In this document: one piece after another, positions 47,963 through 57,277 of the stretch
Position numbering within the stretch: the stretch's first letter is position 1
Layout: each line of letters starts with the position of its first letter
Assembly: GCA_965219955.1 (NCBI GenBank)
Contig: OZ244799.1
Location: forward strand, 3,968,001 to 4,032,000
From: a bacterium
GTDB lineage: Bacteria > UBA8248
Direction of reading: 5' to 3'
DNA: 64,000 nt
The notes under the pieces: generated by a model
The model's input: only the letters and a program-made list of their open reading frames with translations
What the model was told of the DNA's origin: nothing
Databases searched by the model: none
Made by a program: the position numbers and the translations under genes

Positions 47963-48308
47963 TTAGAGAGGAAGTTTTACACGAGTTTTCCGCCTGTGGG
48001 CAAAGGGGTCGGTGGACTCGCCGAAACAGGCCCGCCCCTGCAGCCTGGCGCGGAAGCGTAGAGCTGCTGCCAAAGAGGCGTAGGCCGCCGAGAGGCCCTC
48101 CTCGTAGAACTCTCCCGGGAACGCCGCCATCCCGGCGCCGGACTCCGGATACCCCGGAACCCTCGAACGCCCGGAGCGCCGTCGCGTACACACGGCGGGT
48201 GTTCTCAGACATCGACGCCCTTGCAAGTACCCCGGCCGGGTCCCTTCCGGGCGTTTTCGTCATGGTGGCGTTTCGTGTCGACTCTGATGGCGTCGTCTCC
48301 GTTGTCAT
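47963..48308 (-). pseudogene. Frameshifted remnant of a tyrosine recombinase/integrase N-terminal domain
   Basis: ASMSENTRRVYATALRAF in one frame, continuing as EEGLSAAYASLAAALRFRARLQG in another; no catalytic domain follows. Confidence 0.55.
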
Positions 48309-48672
48309 GGTGAGAAGCCAATTGGCTCAGCCTGCAAATTGCCCCAAAGCATTTGACGACGGACAATTCATTCATATCCTCGATACATTGATTAAAAACT
48401 CTGTCGTTTTTGATATCATGTGGCGCGTTAGGGTGTCGCCGGCCCGGCGCAAATCCATGATGGGTCCATACGCCAAACCGTCGGCATTTGAAGAAAACGC
48501 CGCCGCGTTCGAGCCGTTGACTGCAGCCGGGCCGCCTCCGGCTATCCTCTCGAATGGAACAGAGGATATGCCGGCCAGCCGCTTGAGGGGCTTGGCGTCC
48601 CCCCCCACCGCATTTGCGCATCATTGACGGATGTCGCCAATTTCGCCAAATCTCCGATGAACTGAGGACACC

Positions 48673-49017
48673 ATGCTTGCCGTTATTTTTGAAGTTAACC
48701 CAACTGCCGAAGGCAAACAGGAATATCTCGATATCGCCGCCAGCCTCAGGGAACACCTTGTAAAGATTGATGGATTCATCTCCATCGAGCGGTTTCAAAG
48801 CCTGGTGGATGGAGGGAAAATTCTGTCCTTGTCATTCTGGCGGGATGAGGCAGCGCTGTCGGAGTGGCGCAACCTGCTTGAACACCGTCAGGCGCAGGCA
48901 AAGGGCCGCAATGAATTGTTTGCCGATTATCGTATCCGCGTGGCCGAAGTGTCACGCGACTACACGATGACCAAACGCGATGGAGCGCCCAGGGACAGTC
49001 TTGCTGCTCTAGGCTGA
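48673..49017 (+). CDS. Antibiotic biosynthesis monooxygenase (ABM) family protein
   Basis: MLAVIFEV, DGFISIERFQS, LSLSFWRDE, EHRQAQAKGR, DYRIRVAEV. Confidence 0.92.
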   Translation: MLAVIFEVNPTAEGKQEYLDIAASLREHLVKIDGFISIERFQSLVDGGKILSLSFWRDEAALSEWRNLLEHRQAQAKGRNELFADYRIRVAEVSRDYTMTKRDGAPRDSLAALG

Positions 49018-49140
49018 CGCGGGCGGCGTGTCGGATCCAATCACCGGGATAATGTAAATCACCCGGTTCGTGTCACCACCGCACATGCGGAGGGCGACCT
49101 TCGGAGACGGTCGCCCTCAACTCGGGGAGCGCGTTGCACG

Positions 49141-49208
49141 GGCCGTTCGCGAACGGCCCCCACGGGAGGTGAAGCATGAGCGCGGGGGGAGGTTTTTTCA
49201 ACAGCCCC
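49141..49208. repeat. REP-like palindrome plus a lone MITE-type end
   Basis: GGCCGTTCGCGAACGGCC hairpin followed by TTTTTTCAACAGCCCC. Confidence 0.6.
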
Positions 49209-49742
49209 GTACGGCGCGCTTCCGGGGGTCGGCGAGGCGGTCAGGTGCGTGAACATGGCTGCGGACGCGGGCGCGGATCGAAGGATCCGGATGGCCGCTC
49301 AGGCGAGGCGGGGAGCGCGTAATAATGCAAAAAATAATATGTGAGAAATAAGATAAAATCAGATAAATTCAGGGGGTTTTTCGATAAAAAACTGAAAATT
49401 TATTTTTTGAGAATGACGCCGCGGAATCCGGGCGCAGGGGAATTCTGCCATGGCCCGTTACGAATGAGATAACGGCAAATGCGCGGATTTGCGGGATGTT
49501 GCGGGGTGATGGGGCGCGGCGGGCCGAATCGTCATGGCCGGAAGCCGGTGATCACCCGCCCGGTGCGGCCGCCGCCGCCGGAGAAGGGGGGGAATCGTCT
49601 CGGAGCCCGGATGGTTCAAGGTCTTGATTCACAAGGATATATGGATACGCTGGGGCGGACTCTCTCCGTAGCCGCACGGATTTGACGCCACTCTCTTGAA
49701 GGGTTCCGCCGGGCCGGACGCATGCACAGGAGGGCATGAAAC

Positions 49743-50819
49743 ATGAAAAAAGAAATTGGAGTCGCGGTAATCGGATCGGGCCGCATCGGTACGCTTCGCG
49801 CCAACATGGCCTCGCGCCACCCGTCCGTCCGGTTTCTCGCGATTTCGGACAAAGAGCCCGAGCGTGCGGATTTGCTGGCCGAAAGCGTCGCGGCGCATCT
49901 CTCCTCGGGAGACAACTACGAGATCATCGCCCACCCCGAAGTGGACACCGTCATCGTCTCAACACCCGAGCATGATCATACCGAAGCCATCCTTCAGGCC
50001 CTGGAATTGGGCAAGCCTGTATTTGTCGAAAAACCCCTGACCCTGACCCTGGAGGATGCGGACAAGGTCGTGGAGGCGGTGGAAAGAACCGGAGTCGAAC
50101 TCCGGATTGGATACTCCCGGCGCCATGATCGCCGCTGGATGCTGGCCCGGGAGCAGGTGGCCCGGGGACGACTCGGCCAGATCCTGGGAATCAATTCCCG
50201 CATATACTCCTCGAGAGCCCAGATAGCCGAGCCTCTCAAGCGCTCACCGAACGCAACGCCGGTCCTCGACGTTCTCACCTACTACGTGGACATGGCCTGC
50301 TGGTTTCTGGAGGGTATCCGCCCGGTGGAAGTGTTTGCCAGGGGGAACGCGAAAATCTTCAAATCATGGGGCTACTCCGCCCACGACGTTACCTGGTCCA
50401 TCGTGACCTTCGAGGACGGAACGGTCGTAAACCTCGGTGTGTGTTGCGCCCTTCCAGCAAAATATCCAACCTATGGACAGAGCGCCCGCTTCGAGATTCT
50501 GGGTGTAGACGGAGCCATTCTCCTGGATGTCGACAACAAGGATAGTTTGTTGTTCACCGACAAGGGCGTGCCCCACGCCTACGTTCCTGATCATCGTGTA
50601 AATTTGCTCTTCATGCAGAGCAATTCGTCCGGCGACTGGGCCATGGGCGACTACTGGGGGCCTATCGCGAACGAGACACGCTCCTGGCTCGACCACCTCG
50701 CGACCGGTTCTCCTTGCGTTCACACGACTGCGATCGAGGGACGGCAGACGCTGGCGGTGACCTTGGCCATTGAAGAATCGGCAAGAACCGGCGAGATAGT
50801 TTCCTTGCCTCCCCGCTAA
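49743..50819 (+). CDS. Gfo/Idh/MocA-family NAD(P)-dependent oxidoreductase
   Basis: VIGSGRIG Rossmann motif, STPEHDH, VEKP, IGYSRR. Confidence 0.9.
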   Translation: MKKEIGVAVIGSGRIGTLRANMASRHPSVRFLAISDKEPERADLLAESVAAHLSSGDNYEIIAHPEVDTVIVSTPEHDHTEAILQALELGKPVFVEKPLTLTLEDADKVVEAVERTGVELRIGYSRRHDRRWMLAREQVARGRLGQILGINSRIYSSRAQIAEPLKRSPNATPVLDVLTYYVDMACWFLEGIRPVEVFARGNAKIFKSWGYSAHDVTWSIVTFEDGTVVNLGVCCALPAKYPTYGQSARFEILGVDGAILLDVDNKDSLLFTDKGVPHAYVPDHRVNLLFMQSNSSGDWAMGDYWGPIANETRSWLDHLATGSPCVHTTAIEGRQTLAVTLAIEESARTGEIVSLPPR

Positions 50820-51031
50820 CCCGAAAACCGGGTTTTGCTCCCTATCCATAGCGGAAATTTCAAGGCGAGCGGGAGCGCACCACCTCTTGCGGAGGGGTTC
50901 TCTCGAAGCCCGGAAAAACAGCCTTCTGGAAGGAGGGATTCTCAACTGATGCAAGAGGGGTTTCCTGTTGAGGAGAAAAGGACTCCGCGACCGGCAATCC
51001 TTCCTTCATCAGTCGGGATAGACCTTTTCCC

Positions 51032-51060
51032 TTGACACTCACCTTGCCCCTCGCTAGGTT
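51032..51060 (+). promoter_or_regulatory. Putative sigma70 promoter of fhs
   Basis: TTGACA-17 bp-TAGGTT ending 48 bp before the ATG. Confidence 0.5.
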
Positions 51061-51107
51061 GCTCTGGGGCGTTCATCCGCCCCTCCGTCGGTCCGGAAGG
51101 GGGGACT

Positions 51108-52790
51108 ATGGCCATCGCATCGGACGTGGAAATCGCACAAGCCGCAAAGCTGAAACCCATCACGGAAATCGCTGAAGAGCTGGGCCTGGGAGCCGATGAA
51201 GTAGAACCCTACGGCGCGCACAAGGCCAAGGTGAGCCTCGATGCGCTCGAACGCCGCAAGGACGCGCCGGACGGAAAACTCATCCTCGTCACCGCCATGA
51301 CGCCCACCCCGCTGGGCGAGGGCAAGACGCTCACCACGGTGGGCCTCGGCCAGGCGCTGGCGCGGCTCGGCAAAAAAAGCGTCATCTGCGTGCGCGAACC
51401 CTCACTCGGCCCCGTGTTCGGCATCAAGGGGGGCGCGGCGGGCGGCGGCATGTCCCAGGTGCTGCCGATGGAGGACATCAACCTCCACTTCACGGGCGAC
51501 ATCCACGCGGTCACCTCCGCCCACAACCTGCTCTCCGCCCTCATGGACGCGCACATATTCCACGGAAACGAACTTGCGCTGGACGTGAACCGCGTCACCT
51601 GGAAGCGCGTGCTGGACATGAACGACCGCGCGCTGCGCCACGTGCTGGTCGGCCTCGGCGGCAGGACGCACGGCGTGCCGAGGGAAGAGGGCTTCATGAT
51701 CACGGCGGCGTCCGAGATCATGGCCGTGCTGTGCCTCGCGAGCGACCCGGGGGACATGAAAGAGCGCATCGCGCGCATCGTGGTCGGCTACACGCGAAAG
51801 GGCGCGCCCGTCACCGCGGGCGATCTGAACGCCGCGGGCGCCATGGCCCTGCTCCTGAAAGACGCCATCAAGCCCAACTTGGTGCAAACTTTGGAACACT
51901 CCCCCGCCTTCGTCCACGGGGGGCCTTTCGGGAACATCGCGCATGGGACGAACTCGCTCATCGCGGACAGGCTGGCGTTAAAGCTGGGCGACGTGATGGT
52001 CGTGGAAGCCGGATTCGGCTCGGATTTGGGTGCGGAGAAATTCTTCGACATCACCGCGCGCACGGGGGGCCTGAGCGTGGACGCGGTGGTGCTCGTGGCC
52101 ACCGTCCGCGCGCTCAAGCTCCACGGGGGCGTTCCATTCGACAAGGACGCGCTGGCGGAGGAGAACGTGGACGCCATAGGGCAAGGCTTCGCGAACCTCA
52201 AAGTCCACATCGAGAACATGCAGGGCTTTGGCGCGCCCGTGGTGGTGGCCGTGAACCGCTTCGCTTCGGATACGGACGCCGAAATCGCGCGCGTGAAGGA
52301 GCTTTGCGCCGAGGCGGGAGCGCCCTGCCACGCGCACGAATTACACGCCAAAGGCGGCGATGGCGGCGTCGAACTCGCCGAGACGGCTTTCGATCTCGCC
52401 GCCGCGAACGATGCGCCCTACACCCCGCTTTATTCGCTCGAAGCGCCGCTCAAGGAGAAGATAGAGGCCATCGCGACGCGCATCTACCGCGCGGGCGCTG
52501 TGCGCTTCGAGCCGGCGGCGGCGCGCAGCCTGCGCTCGCTTACGAGGCTGGGCTACGGGGAGCTGCCCGTCTGCATCGCGAAGACGCAGGCCTCCCTCTC
52601 GGACGACCCCAAGAAGCCGGGCGCGCCCGAGGGCTTTACCCTGAACGTGCGCGAGGTCTACGTGTCAGCAGGGGCGGGGTTCGTCGTCGCCATCGCGGGA
52701 AACATCATGCAGATGCCCGGCCTCGCCAAAACCCCCGCCTCGGCCGGGATGGACGTCACGGCCGAGGGCAGGATTACGGGGCTGTTTTAG
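51108..52790 (+). CDS. fhs: Formate--tetrahydrofolate ligase
   Basis: TPTPLGEGKT, REPSLGPVFGIKGGAAGGG, INLHFTGD, HGGPFGNIAHG, CIAKTQ, ITGLF end. Confidence 0.97.
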   Translation: MAIASDVEIAQAAKLKPITEIAEELGLGADEVEPYGAHKAKVSLDALERRKDAPDGKLILVTAMTPTPLGEGKTLTTVGLGQALARLGKKSVICVREPSLGPVFGIKGGAAGGGMSQVLPMEDINLHFTGDIHAVTSAHNLLSALMDAHIFHGNELALDVNRVTWKRVLDMNDRALRHVLVGLGGRTHGVPREEGFMITAASEIMAVLCLASDPGDMKERIARIVVGYTRKGAPVTAGDLNAAGAMALLLKDAIKPNLVQTLEHSPAFVHGGPFGNIAHGTNSLIADRLALKLGDVMVVEAGFGSDLGAEKFFDITARTGGLSVDAVVLVATVRALKLHGGVPFDKDALAEENVDAIGQGFANLKVHIENMQGFGAPVVVAVNRFASDTDAEIARVKELCAEAGAPCHAHELHAKGGDGGVELAETAFDLAAANDAPYTPLYSLEAPLKEKIEAIATRIYRAGAVRFEPAAARSLRSLTRLGYGELPVCIAKTQASLSDDPKKPGAPEGFTLNVREVYVSAGAGFVVAIAGNIMQMPGLAKTPASAGMDVTAEGRITGLF

Positions 52791-52835
52791 GGAGCGCGCG
52801 CGGCGCCCGGCGCCGCGTCGGGCAACGGCCTGGAA

Positions 52836-53249
52836 CTACCCCTCCCCGCCCAGCTCATCCAGCTTGCTCTCGAGCCGGTCGATGACCTCGGCGGCGTCGG
52901 ATGCCGCGTTGTAGTCCTGCGCGAGGTCGCCGTCGCCGCAGGGGCTTTTCACGACGAAGAACACGGACTTCTCCCCGATGGTGCGCCCGCCGTGGCGCGT
53001 GTTCCGGGGGATGTGGACGAGGTCGCCCGGCTCGACGACCCGCTCCTCATCACCCACGATCACGTAGCGTTTGCCTTCGAGCACGAGGTAGAACTGCTCC
53101 TCGTTGGGGTGGTAGTGCGGCGTCGCGCCCTCGCCCTTCAGGTACGTCACGATACCCACCTTCATCAGTTCGCCGGGCACCGTCCTGGCGGTCGCAGGCG
53201 ATATCGAGGCGCGTACCTCTTCCATCTCGGAAATCTTGTAGAACGGCAT
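52836..53249 (-). CDS. Cupin domain protein
   Basis: PHYHPNEEQF...LEG and PGDLVHIPRNTRHG cupin motifs. Confidence 0.9.
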   Translation of the reverse strand: MPFYKISEMEEVRASISPATARTVPGELMKVGIVTYLKGEGATPHYHPNEEQFYLVLEGKRYVIVGDEERVVEPGDLVHIPRNTRHGGRTIGEKSVFFVVKSPCGDGDLAQDYNAASDAAEVIDRLESKLDELGGEG

Positions 53250-53261
53250 GATTCTCTCCTC

Positions 53262-53669
53262 TTATTCGGTGTATTCGCGCAGCTTCTCTTGCAAGCGTTG
53301 GGTGATGGCCTCCGCGTCTTCCGCGTCGTGGTGATCCTGATCGAGCGTGCCGTCGCCGGCGGGGCTCTTGGCGGTGAACATGCGCACCTCCTCGATGATG
53401 ACGCCGCCGTGCTTCGCCCCCCGGGGGATGTGGACGAGGCCGCCGGGGCCGATGAGCCCTTCCTCATCGCCCACGATCATCCACTGCCTGCCCTCGAGGA
53501 TGTAGAGGAACTGCTCCTCGTTCGGGTGGTAGTGGGGTCTCGACATCTTGCCCTCGGGATAGGTGACGAAACCCACCTTCACCAACTCGCCCGCCAGACC
53601 CTTGAAGCGGCCCATGGGCTGGGCGGCAACGTGTGATTCGGCCATCTCGGATGCTCTGTAAAAAGGCAT
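53262..53669 (-). CDS. Cupin domain protein (tandem paralogue)
   Basis: PHYHPNEEQF...LEG and PGGLVHIPRGAKHG; start placed at MPFYRAS after AGGAG. Confidence 0.88.
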   Translation of the reverse strand: MPFYRASEMAESHVAAQPMGRFKGLAGELVKVGFVTYPEGKMSRPHYHPNEEQFLYILEGRQWMIVGDEEGLIGPGGLVHIPRGAKHGGVIIEEVRMFTAKSPAGDGTLDQDHHDAEDAEAITQRLQEKLREYTE

Positions 53670-53841
53670 TTTAATACGTCTCCTCCTGTCTGTTGCTCCC
53701 CATTTTTCGTAGAGAGTGGCACGCCAGAACCCCTTGCCGGTTGGGGCAATCGGGCGCTCGGGAACCCTTTCATCTGCAACACCGGATTCGCCCATTCTAT
53801 AGAATCCACCCGCTTTTCGCACGAGAAAGCCTGAGCGCTTC

Positions 53842-54021
53842 CGGGTTGTTAAAAAAACCCTCCCCGCTCGGAATTGACCGCCGCCGGAATGACGAGCGAA
53901 TACCGCGCCCGTTGCAGGGGCGGTTCGCGAACCGCCCCTACGGCTGGGAGCACTCCGATGAAGATGGTTCGGACTGGCTACATACGCCGAATCACGGAAT
54001 CGAGGCTCTTTCAACAACCCC
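53842..54021. mobile_element. Degenerate MITE of the GGGGTTGTTGAAAAA family enclosing a REP
   Basis: CGGGTTGTTAAAAAAA ... CTTTCAACAACCCC ends, flanks GCTTC/GCTTG, internal GGGGCGGTTCGCGAACCGCCCC. Confidence 0.6.
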
Positions 54022-54111
54022 GCTTGCGGGCGATTCGGCGACTCAAGTATGTGGTAATATCTCTTTCGGATGCCGCCGTTTCACGCAAGGGTTCCCGGAG
54101 GAAATCCCGCC

Positions 54112-54681
54112 ATGCCTCTCGCCACCGCCCGCGGGCTCAAAAGCTCCGCCGCTATTGCATTCGCCCTCTTGCTCACGGGCTGCGCGGTCCAGACGTTCCC
54201 CACGATGGGAGTGCTGCGAGAGGGGCTGGCCGGAATGGTGGGCGCTCCCGTAGACGCTCTCGTCCAGCAGATAGGGTATCCGGAGAGCGACGTCACGATC
54301 GGCGGCCGGAAAGTCTACACCTGGGACCACAGGAAAGCCTTCACCTATTTCGTGCCGGAAACCATTTGCCGCGATGAGATCACGTTCTATCCCCGGGGCC
54401 GCAAGGAAGTGGTGCGCGTGTGCGAAACGCATCAGGTGGAGAAAACGGTGCTCCACCACTGCACGATCAAGGTGGAAGCCGACGAGGCGGAGAATATCAT
54501 CGGGTTCAGCTTCGACGGGAACGCGGATGGGTGCGAACGCTTCGCCGTGGCCTTCCGGAATCTCCCCTACGAGGCGTGCATCGAGAAGCTCTCGGGGCTC
54601 AAGTTCGCGGTGAACATCGGGACGGAGCCGCAGGAGAAGCTGACCGCGGCCATCGAACGGTGCAAGAGACTGCACCGCTAG
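54112..54681 (+). CDS. Hypothetical Cys-rich lipoprotein
   Basis: Lipobox LLTGC, LVQQIGYP...VYTW pattern, six further Cys. Confidence 0.65.
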   Translation: MPLATARGLKSSAAIAFALLLTGCAVQTFPTMGVLREGLAGMVGAPVDALVQQIGYPESDVTIGGRKVYTWDHRKAFTYFVPETICRDEITFYPRGRKEVVRVCETHQVEKTVLHHCTIKVEADEAENIIGFSFDGNADGCERFAVAFRNLPYEACIEKLSGLKFAVNIGTEPQEKLTAAIERCKRLHR

Positions 54682-54711
54682 GCCTGAATCATCACAAGAA
54701 CTCCAGGGACC

Positions 54712-56106
54712 TCACGCCGTCTGTCCCGCCGTCCGCGCCCGCGCGCCCGCCCCGCCTAGAAGCCGCATCAGGGATTCGATCTCGGGCTGCGCTTCAAGTG
54801 ATTCCAGGCGCGAGAGCACTTCCTCGTACTCTTCCTCCGCTAGGCGGGATTTCGCGCAATCGCGGAACTTGGAGCGTATCTTCTCATCCTCCAGCGGCCA
54901 GAGCGCGCAGCCGCGCGAGACGTCCGTTCTCTTTTTGAGGGTTCGCCCGTCGTTCAGGTATACGCGCACTTCGCTCGGGCGGCGCTCTCCGGGCCGCCAG
55001 CCCATGTCGTCGGCGGTGGCGTGGATTTTCTTCATCCAATCCTGGAGCAGGGGTTCGCGCACCGCCTCGTCCGTGAAGGTCTCAAGGCGCAAGTCCCTAT
55101 CCAGCAACATGCGCGCGAGGCAGTATTCGATGGAGAATTTCCCCTCCAGCCCCGTCTTGGGCGCGTGGTAGCGAAGCACCTGCATGGAGATTTCGAGCAA
55201 GGAGACCTCGATGCGCGCCACGTCCGCCGCAGTCAGGCCCGCCTCCTCCACCAGGTCGTAGAGCGCGTCCACCGCCGGGTGGGTCGAGAGGCAGCACGGA
55301 TAGGGCTTCATGTTCATCCCCGGTTCCGCCAGCGCGAAGGGCCGTCCGAGGCTCTCGATGACCGCCTCGCCATCTGGCGAGCCGCCGCCCGCGTATACGT
55401 CCAGAAAACCGCGTGGGGCTTCAAGGATCGTCGTATTCGCCGTGAGGCCCGCCGCCGCCAGTTCCGCCGCGCGAAGGCCGGCCTCGGGCGCCAGGCCTGC
55501 GTGGAGCGGCTTCGTCATCGTGCCGAAGTTCGCGTGAACGCCCGAGGCATGGGATGCCGCGATGCCGAGCGCGTGGCGCGTGGTCTCGGTGTCGAACCCG
55601 CGCAGGTGTGCGGCGGCGGCCGCCGCGCCCATCGTGCCGAGCGTGCAGGTGGAATGCCAGCCCGAGCCGTAGTGTTCGGGATTCATCCCCTGGCCCAGCT
55701 TGGTCGAAATCTCATAGCCGATGATGAAGGCCTCCAGAACCTCGCGGCCCGATGCCCCTTGCGCTTCCCCCTGCGCCAGGACGGCAGGCAGGACGACTAC
55801 GCTCGGGTGGCCGCTCAGCAGATAGCTCGAATCGTCGAAATCGAGCGCGTGGCCCATTGCCCCGTTGACGAGAGCGGCCATCGGCGCCGCCGCGCGGGTG
55901 TTCACCCCGATGATGCTGGCCTCGGGCGCGCCGCTCATTTTTCGCACGAATTCGGCCACGATGCGACCGACGGGCTCATCCACACCCGCGAGCGTCACGC
56001 CCACGGTGTCGACCACCGCCTTCTTCGCGCGCTCAATGACAAGTGGTGGAAAATTCGCCCACTTCGTTTCGACGATGAACTCCGCCATCCGTTCGGTAAC
56101 GCTCAT
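54712..56106 (-). CDS. MmgE/PrpD family protein
   Basis: NGAMGHALDFDD, GHPS, GWHST, GTMTKPLHAG, KPYPCC, GKFSI. Confidence 0.92.
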   Translation of the reverse strand: MSVTERMAEFIVETKWANFPPLVIERAKKAVVDTVGVTLAGVDEPVGRIVAEFVRKMSGAPEASIIGVNTRAAAPMAALVNGAMGHALDFDDSSYLLSGHPSVVVLPAVLAQGEAQGASGREVLEAFIIGYEISTKLGQGMNPEHYGSGWHSTCTLGTMGAAAAAAHLRGFDTETTRHALGIAASHASGVHANFGTMTKPLHAGLAPEAGLRAAELAAAGLTANTTILEAPRGFLDVYAGGGSPDGEAVIESLGRPFALAEPGMNMKPYPCCLSTHPAVDALYDLVEEAGLTAADVARIEVSLLEISMQVLRYHAPKTGLEGKFSIEYCLARMLLDRDLRLETFTDEAVREPLLQDWMKKIHATADDMGWRPGERRPSEVRVYLNDGRTLKKRTDVSRGCALWPLEDEKIRSKFRDCAKSRLAEEEYEEVLSRLESLEAQPEIESLMRLLGGAGARARTAGQTA

Positions 56107-56182
56107 GTACGCCTCCAGATTCAAAAGTCCGATCCGGCTCGACTTTCAGGAATTTCTCCCACCGAGATGGTTTGCGCCCTCA

Positions 56183-57277
56183 TCACGAAGACCCGCCTTT
56201 GATTGCGTTGATCGAGGCGGGTTCGATGGAAACGTAAACGCTCGCGCCTGATTCGAGTATCGGCAGCCGGTGTCCGTGGACGCGGATTTTCTGGCCTCCG
56301 GCGCTCAGCCAGAGTTCCAGCACGCCGCCCATGTACACCGCCTTGTCGACGCTGCACTCGATGGCGTTCGGAGTCCCCTCCGGAGGCGCCTCGGTGCTTG
56401 CGACGCAGTCCTCGGGCCGGATCGATAGCAGCACTTTCGAGCCTTCCGAAACGCCGGCGGTTCTGCAGAACAGCGTCACCTCGCCGATTTTCACCGCAGT
56501 CTGCGCGTCGCCCAACCCTGTGGCGACGACTTCGCCTTCCAGGAAGTTCGAGATGCCGACGAAACCGGCGACGAACTGATTGGCGGGGTTCTGGTAGATG
56601 TCGCTCGGCGATCCCATCTGCTCGATGCGCCCCTCGTTCATCACCACGATGATGTCGCTCATGACCATGGCCTCCACCTGGTCGTGGGTGACGAATATGG
56701 TGGTGATGCCGGATTCAGTTTGCAGTTCCTTGAGCTCCAGGCGCATCTCCTCGCGCAGCGCCGCATCGAGGTTCGAGAGGGGTTCGTCGAGGAGCAATAC
56801 GTCGGGTTCGTACACCAGCGCGCGGGCGAAGGCGACGCGCTGCTGCTGGCCGCCCGAGAGTTGCGAGGGGTAGCGCTCCCCCAGACCCTCGAGCCGCACG
56901 AGCCCCAGGGCGCGTTCCACGGCGCCTGCGATTTCGTTTTTGGGCGTTTTCCGCATCTGCAGGCCGAAGGCGACGTTGTCGCGCACCCGCAAGTGCGGCC
57001 ACAGCCCGTAGGACTGAAACACCATGCCGAGGTTTCGCTTGTGTGCCGGGACCAGCACGTTTTCCGAAGCGCTCGAAATGAGCCTCTCGCCGACGTGGAC
57101 GTCGCCGCCGTCGGGGGTCTCGAAACCGGCGATGATGTTCAGGGTGGTCGTCTTGCCGCAGCCGCTCGGCCCCAGCAGGGTCAGCAGCTTGCCTTTGGGC
57201 ACCTCGAAGGAAATCCCGGCGACGGCGACCACGTCGCCGAATCTCTTGACCAGATTATCCACCCGTACGTTTTGCAT
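56183..57277 (-). CDS. ABC transporter ATP-binding protein (FbpC/PotA-like, TOBE domain)
   Basis: GPSGCGKTT, LSGGQQQR, LLLDEPLSNLD, VTHDQ; start placed at MQNVRV. Confidence 0.92.
   Translation of the reverse strand: MQNVRVDNLVKRFGDVVAVAGISFEVPKGKLLTLLGPSGCGKTTTLNIIAGFETPDGGDVHVGERLISSASENVLVPAHKRNLGMVFQSYGLWPHLRVRDNVAFGLQMRKTPKNEIAGAVERALGLVRLEGLGERYPSQLSGGQQQRVAFARALVYEPDVLLLDEPLSNLDAALREEMRLELKELQTESGITTIFVTHDQVEAMVMSDIIVVMNEGRIEQMGSPSDIYQNPANQFVAGFVGISNFLEGEVVATGLGDAQTAVKIGEVTLFCRTAGVSEGSKVLLSIRPEDCVASTEAPPEGTPNAIECSVDKAVYMGGVLELWLSAGGQKIRVHGHRLPILESGASVYVSIEPASINAIKGGSS

Noticed and set aside
45828-47966. 712-aa plus-strand ORF
   Set aside because: Antisense to hydantoinase B; no motifs
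49320-49412. Replication origin
   Set aside because: AT-rich, but no DnaA-box cluster or iterons were seen
50820-51107. ZTP or THF riboswitch before fhs
   Set aside because: No recognisable consensus, and the apparent promoter leaves a very short leader
53670-54017. Long N-terminal extension of the cupin ORF
   Set aside because: It runs through a MITE/REP; the paralogue and RBS place the start at 53669
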